This document shows, piece by piece, positions 24,731 through 36,690 of a DNA stretch of 64,000 bases. Every line of letters begins with the position of its first letter. Positions within the stretch are counted from its first letter, which is position 1. The translations under genes were made by a program, and so were the position numbers. The notes below the pieces were generated by a model. The model ran no database searches, was not told the origin of the DNA, and saw nothing but the letters and a program-made list of their open reading frames with translations. This DNA comes from Sphyrna mokarran (taxonomy: Eukaryota): assembly GCA_024679065.1 (NCBI GenBank), contig JAGIQG010000005.1:75454001-75518000 (forward strand), written 5' to 3'.

Positions 24731-25599
24731 AATTAATTTGTTCTTTGCTCTGCATTTCCAACCACAGGAAATAGTTTTGCCACCTACCCTAGCAAACCTC
24801 CTGAATTTTAAAACATGTCAAATTAAATCACAACTTTTAAACTTATGGGAATATTGTGTAACCTGTTTTCATAACCCCATCATCATTCTGTGCCCACATT
24901 TTAATGTTCACCTGAGATTTAATGTCATTTAAAAGACAGCACGATTAATGCAGCCCATCCCTCAGTACTACACTATAATACTAGCCTAGCCAATAGCTTG
25001 TACTCAAAATATAGGCTAGTCAGCAGAATGGAAAGAAATTGAATTTATACTGATAGGAAGTGAACTGTACAACATTCTAGAAATTTCTATACCAAGTGCA
25101 TCACAAGGGGTACCCTCTGGAACTTGAGGCAGAGGTGTTAAAAGGCAATCAGTGCAACATGTTATATAATGCAAAAAAAATCCATCACTCCCAAGTGTAA
25201 CAAAGTCAAACATTCGTGCCAATACACGTCACCTAACACTATCTTTCATTATTAGCTCTGACAGTCATCTGGGTGCCATGGGAAATCACTTCAAAATGCC
25301 AAAACATGTTTCCTCCCACAGTCCAAAAGGCATGCTGGCTAGGTGCACTGGTCATGCTAATTTTCTGTGTAAATCGAACAGACACTGGAGTGTAATGACT
25401 CAGGGATTTTCATAGTAACTTCATTGCAATGTTAATGTAAGCCTACACATGACACTAAAATAAAAACTTAAACTCATAGCAGGCGAGGAGCAGAGTATAG
25501 AAAGGCCATTGGCCACAAGCAAGATTTTCCAGTTGAGGCATAGCCAGAAAATCCCACCCAAGATCTCCAACAGATTTTAAGCAAAATAAAAAATCCAAT

Positions 25600-27190
25600 C
25601 TAGTTAATTGCCACCTTATTAATTGATGCAATCAGCAAAATGATGGGACGGATTGTTGGCAGTGTTATCACACAATACTCAGCTTTAACCTGCTCTGAGG
25701 CTCAGTTTGGGCTCTGCCAGGGCCACTCAACCCCTGACATAATTACAGCTTTCAGCCAAACAGGAGTGTTGAACAAGAAGTGAGAGCAATTGTCATCAAG
25801 GCAAGGTCTGACTGAGAATGGCATCAAGGAATCCTAGCAGAATTGGAGTCAATGGGAATCAAAGGGAAAACAAGATGGTTGTAAAGGTCAATCAGTTCAG
25901 TCCTTGGATATTACTGCAGATTCCTCAAGGCACTCTCCCAAAGCCAACAATTTTCAGCTGCTTCAATGACCTTCCCTCCACCATTAAAAAGGTGGATGTG
26001 TTCACTGATAAACACCATTAATTCCTTAGATACACAAGCAGTTCATGCCCTTAGACAGCAAGGCCCTCTCAACATCTAGCTTCAGGTTAATGTGTGGCAA
26101 GCTATATTTGTGCAGCATAAGTGCCAGACAATGACAATCTACAAGAAGAAATCAAACTAACTCTCTAGGAAATTCACTGCCATTACCAGAACTGAATTGG
26201 ACCAGCCATTTAAAAAAAAATGTAGCTACAAAGTTCAGAGGCTGGGAATTCTTTGGCAATTATGTAATATCTTGACTCTGCAAAGTCTATCCACCATCTA
26301 CAAGACATTGAGTATGACAAATGCCCTGCCCTTTACTGGATGAGTAAAGACATGTGTCTCTCTGCAACATTCAGCAGCACTCAAGGCCAACATCCAGGAG
26401 CCTAGTAGATGGTACCCTACCACTGACACACAGCAGCAACAGCATGCATCGTCTACAAGTTCCCAATCTTGTATGCATTATAGCACATCTCTATGCGATA
26501 TAGAAAATACATCCTTACTAGGATGTTGTTTTTAAAATTTGTTGTCTTTTTTCTTAAAAAACCTTCTCTGTCTTTCTCATTTCTCACACAAAGCATTTGT
26601 GCACCCTTGAGTTTTCACTTTTGGTCCAGGCACACACAACCTTTGACTTCAGCTCCCAATGGCCATGCACACAGGCCTAACCAACATTAAAAATCTGCTA
26701 CACAGTCACTCTTTCCCAGCTAGTGCTTTCATGGGAAGCCCAAGAAACATCAGATCTTGGAGATGCCAATCTCAGATGAAGACAAAGGTTAATTTCAGCT
26801 TAATTGCATGAATTTTGAATCCTTCTTCATGGCACAACAGTTGGGAACCATTGATCAAGATACACAATTGTACTTCACCAAGGTTCCTTCAGCAGCATCT
26901 TCCAAACCAATGACCTTCACCATCTTGAACAAGGGAGGGGACATGGAAATACCACTGTATACAAGTTCCCCTTCAAAGCCAGATATGATCCTGGTATGCA
27001 TCTATATTGCTGGCCTTATACTGTCACTGGCTTGAAGCTCCATTCCAGCAGATCTGTGGGTATACTTACCAGATACAGGCTACAGTGGGTAAAGTAGTGG
27101 CTCATCACCACTTTATCAAGGGCCATTAGGAATGGGCAACACATGCTGGCTTAGCTAGCAATACCCATATCCATGAAGGAATAAAATAGT
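25600..27190 (+). mobile_element. CR1/L2-group LINE fragments (same family as 14515-16100), interrupted at ~26470-26860
   Basis: TIFSCFNDLPS motif. 3' end ggaatgggcaacacatgctggcttagctagcaatacccatatccatgaaggaataaaa. Confidence 0.75.
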
Positions 27191-27909
27191 TAACATTGCA
27201 AGCAACTGGAAACTTAGAATCACAGGTTCAGATTATATAGTGGTGATCAGCAAATCATGCAGTCAAATCTATATTTTCTCTCCCAGTTTAAGACTGCATT
27301 GTAGTTAATGAACATTGTTATTTACTAGTACTTCAAATTTAATTCAATTTTAGCTGCAATGTATATTCAAAGCAGACAGAGTGATGAAAAGGCATGTGAC
27401 ATTGCCAGTACACATGAAAGGGTAGTAGCTTTTGGGGGAAAGTCTATAGAAGAACAGACCAGAAGTCATGGAGGAAAACATTTCATTGGAATGCTGAAAG
27501 AGAAACTGACGAGGGAAAAGGAACATATATTTGGTGTTGGCAGAAAATAATCTGTTGAATGAGACTGGTGAGGAAGATGTGAGAAAAGGGGGAACCCTGT
27601 CATGTTTCTAGGAAACAAAACATAGCATTGTCAGAACAAATGTGACAGAGACATGGAAGAATGGAAAAGTCCTCAGATAGCATGGTGAATGGGACACTGT
27701 TCAAGTTAGCTGTGCAAATCAATATTTAGAAAAAAATAGCCCCAATGCACTTCAATTTGATCAATACATGGTAGTTCCTTAGGACTATTCCATCTATTAA
27801 TACTTTAAAAAGCTTCTCAATTTTAAGATATCAGATCAACAATTACAAAAAAGGAGTCTGGTGTAAACGAAAAATATGTATTTAAAATCAATTTGATCAG
27901 CATTAGATA

Positions 27910-27952
27910 GAACATGCCAACAAAAAAACAGTAAAGATGCAAAATCTTTATT
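27910..27952 (-). terminator. Polyadenylation signal AATAAA with downstream U/GU-rich element
   Basis: Plus-strand tttatt at 27947-27952 reads AATAAA on minus, followed ~17 nt later by gtttttttgttggcatgtt. Confidence 0.6.
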
Positions 27953-30900
27953 AAACAGACTGGACATAAATAGACCCCAAAATAAATATGCATTTGACCT
28001 AGTCTGGAATATTACAGCTCTGCTACTTATGCTGAAACAGTTATAGTCCCCATAATGAGGGAATTATATTTACCAGATTAATATTATGGCAAACAAGGCC
28101 AGGTTCTGCATTAAGCAAATAATGGATGTTGCAGGTAAATTTCAGGGAGTAAAATTCAAATTATTGTATGAAAACAAATTAATATGCCTCACTGACCATT
28201 AAACTCTTTCACATGTTCCAGTGTGAAGTGTACATCTGTCCCAAAATATCTCATAGCAGGGCTAAGTTCAGTTTTGTTGTGGAGCTTTTTAAACAGGCAT
28301 CAGGAAATATTCTCACTGTACTATCCTATAACTTGATCACAAACTATAATACTGTTAATTTTGGTTTTAGAGAAAATTCTTGACCTCATTCTTCCACTCA
28401 CATTTCTAACCATCCTGAAATTACTGTTCTCTTCAAGAAGATGGCTCTATGCAGAATAGAGTTGGTGATTTAAAGAGTTGCAATTAAGGCATCAACTTTC
28501 ATTTTGTCCACTTCACTTTGTGATCTCAGTTGAATCAGGATACCAAAAGCAAATGATTCTCACCACCTTTGCCAGAAAAAGTAACAACTCTATGACAATC
28601 AGCTATGATTTACCATATTTCATGAGCTTCACTGTTTAGACAAATCAGATTATGAAAACCTAAATTGTGTACAAAGACAAAAGTTCAACTGACATGAGCG
28701 ATTAGACAGCATGCAAACCTGGGGTGAAATCTTAGCCTTAGTTCAGCTTCATTTTGAACCCCTGGGTTGTGTCAGATTACTCAGCTAATAATTTGAGCAT
28801 AGGTGAAATATTTGACCAAATGGAACAAAAACAGCAGATTGTATGTCAGCAACACCCGAATTAGTTGGTCAGAAGCAGAGAATGGTTTGAAGATAGCCAC
28901 CCATTCTCCAGAATTCACAGTCTACAGCTCGAGGAAAAAAAGAATAAAGCTTTCTGAAACACGCACACAGGTCCTTTAGTGCTACAACAAACTTGAAATG
29001 GAATTATTTTTGCAGGTATTCTATACACTGTAAATGAGCACATCTAAAACACAAGAAAGCAAAGTAAATGGGTAAATTTCTGAGCAGGTTGGAGGAAATA
29101 AATATACAAGGATAACTTCAGCCAAATGGGATGTAACAAAACAAACAGCCAAACGTACAATCTCAATGGCAATTGATGCAGAAAACAGATTTCAAATATT
29201 CATATCCAGAGTGGGCAGCATGAATCTCCATCCATCCCCTTTGTACCTGAATAATCCAAACATTTACATCTACTTTTAATTCCACTAATACAGTTCCCTA
29301 ACTTCTTTTCAATATTTAATAGAAGGCAATCACTGCAATGACAAACACTCATCCATTTTCTTGAGTACATACAAATAATTCCTAGCATCCAAACTGGGAA
29401 ACCCATCAATGCAGTCTGCCAGTATAATGCCACTGGTTTTCAACTCATTCAAATTTGAAGTTATGACAATAAATAGAAAATAGCATCAACTCCAAAAAGA
29501 AATATTGCAGCAGATTTAACTAGTATTGCTATTATAATATTGCAGTTCAGTTTACAACTTAAGCATAAAATCAAAGCACTTGAAGTATTGCTACCAAGTT
29601 GCTTCGGATCAAAATAATAGATGGCTTATTGAAACAGCTATGATGTACATTAACCCAAACTGTGTCCAAGGGCCATTATACTGGCAGTACAAGCAGATTC
29701 CATTCTTTCAGGTTGATCTTGAGGTTTTCTTGTTTTCACATGCTCTGCATATTAATTTCACATATTCTACCCACTGCACATTGTCACATACATATACAAT
29801 ACAGTACATCTACTGGTAAATGTCGCGTGATATCAAACAAATGTATAGATTAAAAAAGGGTAGTTCAAATGCAGTCTATATACAGCAAATAAAGGGACTA
29901 CTGTTCAAATTTTGAAGTTACATTGCCAGTTTCGTGAAGATTTTTTCCCTTTAGTTTTCATTAAATGGCTAAGAGTCAAGACAGCATCCTACATGTAAAA
30001 TTTGCAACTGAATGGGCGTGATTAAATAGTGCTTATTTTTAATTAGCATTTAAATGTAAAAATATTTGCATTGGGTGTGCAGAAATAGAAAGGAGTTTAA
30101 AAAGTATCAATTTACAGACACACCATTATGGTGAACCCTATTGTTCATGTCAATAAACATTAACCCTTTGTTTAAAATTCTATAAGTTTAACTGATCGAT
30201 ATTTTCCCATATGTGGAAATCAAAGCAGATCATAGATATTGCAGGAATAATGGCAAACATTTGTAGGGATTTTTAAAGTCTTAGTAAAGTTGATAGAATG
30301 CAAGTTCTGCAGCAAGGTTCTGTCTGAAAAACTGTGAATTATTTGACTTGTTTCGAATCAAGATTTTAAAGCTTTTGCAGTGGTGATAACGCACTGCAAT
30401 CACGTGCAAGCTCAAATTCTCAATTATTATATCAGCTCTTCTGCACCTCCCATGGAGGAAAATACAAAATACATTGCCTATTTGGGTCACATTCAGGCAA
30501 ATTTCAGCAGCTACTTTTTAACATGCAGCCATCAAGATTCACAGGTATTTTACATGTGCAGTATCACTAGCTAGCACCAGATATCACCTCATGCTGCAAC
30601 ACCTAGAGCAGAAATGGGACATACGAACTTCAGTTTCATGGAACTAAGGGCTGAAAATGAGAGATGTGCCCAGAAGTGAATTAAATCATCCCTGTCATCA
30701 CAGCATTCTGCAATATGTAACCTCATGGAGTTAAAAAGCAAAACCACACGTGACAAGGAAGGTCTTTCCCACTACTGGAACAATTAAGCCTAAGAGCTAT
30801 TTGCTTTGTTATAAAAGGTTTGAATACAAATATGCAGTATTTCAACAATTAAAAATTATATGGCCTGGATTTCTTCATTGTGTAGAAATGTTTCAACAAT

Positions 30901-30994
30901 CGATTTAAATATTCACATTGTAGTAAACTTCATTTAGGAACACATCTGTATAAGAGTCTGAAGGCTATTAACATGATGTGCAAAGATTTCCATT
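27930..30994 (-). other. CCM2: Probable CCM2 3' UTR (~3 kb)
   Basis: AT-rich stretch with no recognisable transposon between the stop codon and a canonical polyA signal, in contrast to the repeat-dense flanks. Confidence 0.6.
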
Positions 30995-31275
30995 TCAAGA
31001 TGAATCGTGATCCATACTGCAACCAAGGGCCTCAATATCATGGCTGATTTCAGAAATCACTCTGTCCCATTCATCACCTTCAGAAGGCACCGATTGATCA
31101 TCTGAGCCTGCAGTTGCTCCATTGCCATTCGTAGTTGAATTGGATGCATTACTTAAAGTTCTTCTATATCGGCCAAAACTGTCTGTTATAATGCCCCTTC
31201 CGTCCTTGACACCAATAGTTTCTAGGAAATTTTCAAAATGTAAGCTGTCTTTTTCTGGAATGAAAGGTCGGAGCC
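30995..31275 (-). CDS. CCM2: CCM2 exon 10, coding part (end of HHD, C-terminal helix, TGA stop)
   Basis: ttttttgtattctag acceptor. Translates [44 protein letters not shown]...[28 protein letters not shown]. Stop codon at 30995-30997. Confidence 0.98.
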
Positions 31276-31689
31276 CTAGAATACAAAAAAGTCATGACTT
31301 TTAAATACAGAAGCAAAACTCAATGGAACTTTTGCATCCCATTGCATTATTCCAAAAGTTACTCAAGATACACAATTTCAGTGCTGCTGACATCTGACAT
31401 ATTAGACTTCCATCACTTTGGTGGAATGCACAGTAAAAACAAACTAAATATTGCCAGATAAAATGCATGTAAGAAAGGGGGAGGGGAAGTGGAGTTTAGT
31501 ACTAGTGAACTCTGACAGTTCAAGTAGAAATAACTAGCAGCATGATTGATGCTAAATCCAGAGTAGGTTTCAGTTAATAGACAAGGGATCCATCTAATAA
31601 AAAGGCTACTCTATAGACTAAATAAAGGAACAGAATTGGAAGAAAAATACACAGGCAAAATTATGGAGAGAGTGGCATGCAGAGAATCA

Positions 31690-32016
31690 AGAACCATAGA
31701 ACCCGACACTGCAGAAAGAGGCCCTTTGGCCCATCAAGTTTGCACCGAACACAATCCCAGCAGGCCATACCCCCACATCCCTACACATTATACTCATTAA
31801 TCCCTCTAACCTCTGCTACCCTGGACATTAAGGGGCAATTTCTTAGCCTGGCCAATCAACCTAACCCGCACATCTTTAGACTGTGGGAGGAAAATGGTGT
31901 ACTCGGAGGAAACCCACGTAGGCAGGAGGAGACAAACTCCACACAGTGACCCAAGCCGAGATTTGAACCCAGGACCCTGGAGCTGTGAAGCAGCAGTACT
32001 AACCACTGTGCTACCC
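31690..32016 (-). mobile_element. Full-length HE1/V-SINE in CCM2 intron 9
   Basis: Minus strand has A box (gtggttagtactg), B box (ggttcaaatct), V-domain and HER1-derived tail (gatgggccaaagggcctctttctgcagtg). Confidence 0.9.
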
Positions 32017-32548
32017 CTAAGTAATTAAATATCCAATTAAGTATTGGATGTTCAAAAAGAGAAAGGAAATTAACCTTTTACAATACATGCAATACTCCTT
32101 TGTCACTCAATTCAATAGTTCAAAAAAGAATCACTACTAAGTCTTATAAATGAACCAAACGATTTAGAACATGATAGCAATGACTACAAAGTATGTTTTA
32201 AGACTTTTCAGTCAGAGGGAGAATGGATGACTAGTCAGAAAAAGGGAGGTAAACAGGTATTTAGGAGGACCCCAGAGTGCACCTCACTCAACAGCCATTT
32301 TCCCTTTATTGTTGCATTGTAAAGCTATTACAAGATGTAGCAAAAACATATTTCTCTTAAAAAAAATGCAACATATGGATAACTAATAGTAAACGGTACT
32401 GCACATGAAATTCAATGTTTATTTCGGTTAGCGGGAACAACATCCTTTGTTTCTGCATGGTATGTTTTAATTTGCAAAGCTGCATGGTTGTAATAGATAA
32501 TTTATTGTATTTGAGCATTTTTTTTTTAAAACCAAACTAAGCCAATAT

Positions 32549-32793
32549 AGAGTTAAACCAGAAACCAAGAGAGAGAATACTAGAAAACCTCAGCAGGTCT
32601 GGTAGCATCTGTAAGGAGAGAAAAAAAGCTGAGGGTGAGTCCAGATTATCCTTTGTCAAAGTTGGATTTGAAACATCAGCTCTTTTCACTCTTTACAGAG
32701 CTGCCACACCTGCTGAGATTTTCCAACATTTTCTCTCTTGGTTTGATTCCAGCATTTGCAATAATTTGTTTTTATCCAGAGTTAAATCAGAAA
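32549..32793. mobile_element. Palindromic Penelope pseudo-LTR mini-element with target-site duplication
   Basis: Inverted arms ~32562-32632 and ~32676-32744, flanked by agagttaaaccagaaa (32549-32564) and agagttaaatcagaaa (32778-32793). Confidence 0.75.
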
Positions 32794-33080
32794 TCCACTT
32801 TCCCAAAAGGCAGTGTATACCACGTCAAATGACATCAAGACTGATAGGTATTTGTGAGCAAGATTATCTAGGAAAATTGAATAATGGTGGATGACTATCT
32901 CCCAAGAGAATGATGAAACACGCTTGAGTTGAGTATCCTATTCCAGTTAGGCAATTTAGTACTAAATTATTTGTTTTTACTCAAAATTAAATCAAGAAAA
33001 AAAAAATCAATGCAAAAAAACCTTAACTTATTTTAAAATCAATTATTTTACTCCAAACCTAGAGCTGGTCTATAACCTAC

Positions 33081-33219
33081 CAAGTAAGAGAAATTTTCTA
33101 CCATCACCATATAAGAGTCGAAGACTGATGCAAAATTCATGAATTGAGGCACCGTTTCGATATTCATGCAGAAGCATAGCAAACTTCTGGATTTCTTCAG
33201 ATGTCAACTTTGTTCTCAG
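33081..33219 (-). CDS. CCM2: CCM2 exon 9 (harmonin-homology domain)
   Basis: 139 nt, ctgttttgcag acceptor, TTG|gtaggt donor. Translates [46 protein letters not shown](G). Confidence 0.98.
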
Positions 33220-34649
33220 CTGCAAAACAGAATTCATAATTATATTGCATGAAAAGGATCAGATATAGTGACCTGAAACTTGTAAATTCAATCTCCACAC
33301 AATGCTGTCTTAGTATGGAATTAACTTCAATATGTTCAACCAAATTTTCTTGAGAACTGGATCATCACAGCAACACAATAAATGCACACATCCATAAGCA
33401 AATAAAAATGTTGAATTATTTGTTTCAACTTCTAGGTGAGTTTTTAAGAACTTTGAAAATCAAAAGCAAGTGTCTAATTAAATGCTACAAAATACAAGTG
33501 CAATACTAAAAAAAAACCTTCCAAGTTAATGAAAACCAGCACTATATATTTGTACTAGGACTCCTGTGAGTAAATCACCACGTGACTCTCCAAAGCCTGA
33601 CTATTTGTATTCTTACCAGATCATGAATTGGTTCTTACTTGTGCTGCATTCACATTATAGCTATCAGTTTGAGACTAGTAGCTGCAGAATTGGATGCAGC
33701 CAGGTGGTATCCAGGTTATATTGCTCATTTAAAACTGCAATTCTCTTCAAATTTCTATGCATGCATAGTAGTATGCATATATAGTCCTCTGCCAGCTACT
33801 AGAATTTAGAGTGAAAGCAAGAGCATATTCAAACTCCAAACATGAAATTAACTCTATACTTTTTTTTAAAGAGTGCACTCAGATCAATGAAACATTAAGC
33901 GCGTTATAACTTGGATTTGATACCAAGTGTAAGTGCTCCATTTGATATCAAACCCACTAATGAAACTACAGTATAAGCACTTCAATTATTTGAAGGAAAG
34001 TGCCCACTGGGTGCAAAAAAAATCTCAGCTCTAAGAATTCCTCCACAATCTTGTGAGCTATTACAAGTCAAATTGACAACATATCAATTGCAAAGAGGTG
34101 CATGGCATTAGTTAAGAACTTTTGCAATTTCCTAGGTTAAACTATTTCCAATCCATCTTCCACACTGCACATAATGTTGACACTTTCTGCCAAAATGGAC
34201 GTAGTGCAGCTTGATCAGATTTTAAAGTTTGTAAAATGCAAATGTAAAATTTGAATTATTTAAGAGTCAATGAAGCACACAGTATAAATATTAAATTTGT
34301 TGTCTTCATGATTCACATGTTAGAATATTCACAACACTCCAAAGACTGCTCGTCTCATTTATATGACTAATCAATAGACGCCACATTCAAATTTCAGAAT
34401 TTCTGCTGTATGAATTTGAGTGCACCAATTAAACATCATACCAGAGGGTGGAATTATAACTCACTTTAGATTCTGAACAATGTTTGAAGTATGGCATTTA
34501 GGATTTATAGGAAACATCTATAGAAACATAAGTATTCCAAACCTACTTGTCTCATTATTCACAAAATATGTAACAAACCTGCAGAGTGTCTGACAAAAAT
34601 TCAAAATTGAAATATTCATAGACTTTTAAAAGCAAAATTAAACTTCAGT

Positions 34650-36690
34650 TCTACTTACTCATTCAAGGGATGTGGGCATCATTCATTTACTGCCCATCAC
34701 CAATTGCTCGAGAAGGTGGTGATAAGCTACCCTCAAACTGCTGCAGTTCATTTGGTGTAGGTACATCTACAGTGCCTTTAGGGAGAATGTTCCAGGATTT
34801 TGATTCAGTGAAAGAGGACGAACATCAATATATTTCAAAGGCAGGATGAAATATATGCCTTTCTCAGGTGGTGTTCCCATGTGTCAGTTGCCATTGTATG
34901 CCAGTGGTAGAAAGCACAAATGTTTGTGGATAGGCTGCCAATCAAGCAGCTGTTGTGTTGGATAGCAACAAGCTTAAGTGTTGCTGGAACAGCAGGTAAT
35001 TGGAAAGTATTCTATTACGCTCCTGATTTGAGAGTGGTAGAAAATGGACAGGCTTTGGAGAGTCAGATGGTGATTTACTCACAGGAGTCCTAGTCGCCAC
35101 TGTGCTTATACAGTTAATTTAGTTCCTGGTCAATGATAACCCCCAAGATATTGTGAGAAGGGGATTCAGCAATGGTAATGCCATTGAATGTTATGGGATG
35201 GTTAGATCCTCTCTTGCTGGAAATAGTTATTGGCTGGCATTTGCCTGTGTGAATGTTACTTATCACTTGTCAGTGCAAGCCTGGCTATTGTTCATGCCTT
35301 GCTGAATCCAAGGCAAAGCAGCTCATTTGATTGTTTATGGAAAGGGTAGCATTCAATCCTTCCACCACAAATGAAGGTGGCAGCCATGTGTAGCACTGAA
35401 GGAACCCAAGGTTTTCAAACCCATAACCACTATCATCCAGGTCATGAGCAGCAAATATCTGGGAACATCACCACCAATGGAGGTTGTCCCCAAGTCACTC
35501 ACTATCCTGACTTGGAAATATAATTATAGAATTCATATAGTACAGGAGGTGGCTGTTTGACCCAATGAATCTGTCGCGTCCACAATCCCACCTAAACCTT
35601 ATTCCTGTAACCTTCATTTACCCTGCTAATCCTCCTGATATTAGGTCAATTTAGCCTGCTGACCCTCCTGATATTAGGTCAATTCAACCTCACCTGCACA
35701 TCTTTGTATTATGGAATCACCTGGAAGAAACCTACTCAACACACAGGGAGGATGTGCAAACACTACAGACAGTGCTCAGAGGAATTGAACCCAGGTCCCT
35801 TCACTGAGAGGCAGCAGTACTAACCACTGCACCATCATGTCATTCCCTCACTATCACTGAGTCAAAGTCCAGGAATTTCATTCTTAACAGCAGTGTAGGG
35901 TGTACCTACATCTCGAGGACTGCCACAGTTCAAAAAAGCAGCTCACCACCATGTTCTGAAGGACAACTAGGGGTGGCAATAAATGCTGGCTTAGCCAACA
36001 ATAACCACATCCCCTAAATTAATAGAAATAGTACTTTGTCGTAGCTTCACCAGATTGACTTTTCATTTTTAGGTCTGCTTGATTCGGCTCCTGTCAGATT
36101 GCATTTCCCACCGAACAAGGGCTGATCTCCAGTCTTGAAAGTAACAGTGGAGTGGGGGATCTATAATTCTATTGGTACTGATGGCCCACTGCACCTCCAA
36201 GTTGCCCATTCTTGAGTTGTAAGAACAGTTCAAGATCTATCCCATTTTACAGAGTGATAGTCCCACCCAACACTATCTGGGATATCCTCAATGTGAACAT
36301 TCAACTTTGTAACAGTAGGGAGTGACCTCTGCACAGTCCTTTTGGCAACAGTCATGAACAGATACATCTGTGGCAAGTAGGATGAAATGAAGTCTGGCAA
36401 CTGTATCTTTTAGCATTCAGTCAGCTCAGTCTGTGCTAATGCTATTCTTGGTAATGGACATTGAAGCTCCCCACCAAGGTATGTGTTGAGGCCTCCCAAC
36501 TCTCCACATCTTCCTCTGTTGGGAAAGTGACAGCAATATCTGGGACATTATCTCTAAGGTTTGATTCTGTAACTATGACTGCAGACTGTTGTTGGTTCCA
36601 TCGAAGTCAGCTATTCCTGTTAGCAAGGGGAACTTGAGGATCGACAGTTGTCATTTTTGATGCTTAGATCAATGCAGGATGGCCCATCCT
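34650..36690. mobile_element. Nested CR1/L2-group LINE pieces (minus ~34650-35310 and ~36060-36690; plus ~35320-36020) with an HE1 SINE (minus, ~35525-35837) inside the plus copy
   Basis: The same 3' end as 14515-16100 appears in both orientations. The SINE interrupts the collinear LINE sequence ctgacttggaatata|gtcattccctcact. Confidence 0.75.

Noticed and set aside
1-27900. NACAD, the convergent neighbour of CCM2 in amniotes, expected on the plus strand
   Set aside because: I found no NAC or UBA domain exons (e.g. KKARKAMSKLG, IEDLSQQ, DIVNAIMEL) by eye.
31955-32016. tRNA gene
   Set aside because: The A and B boxes belong to a SINE head followed by a V-domain; no complete cloverleaf.
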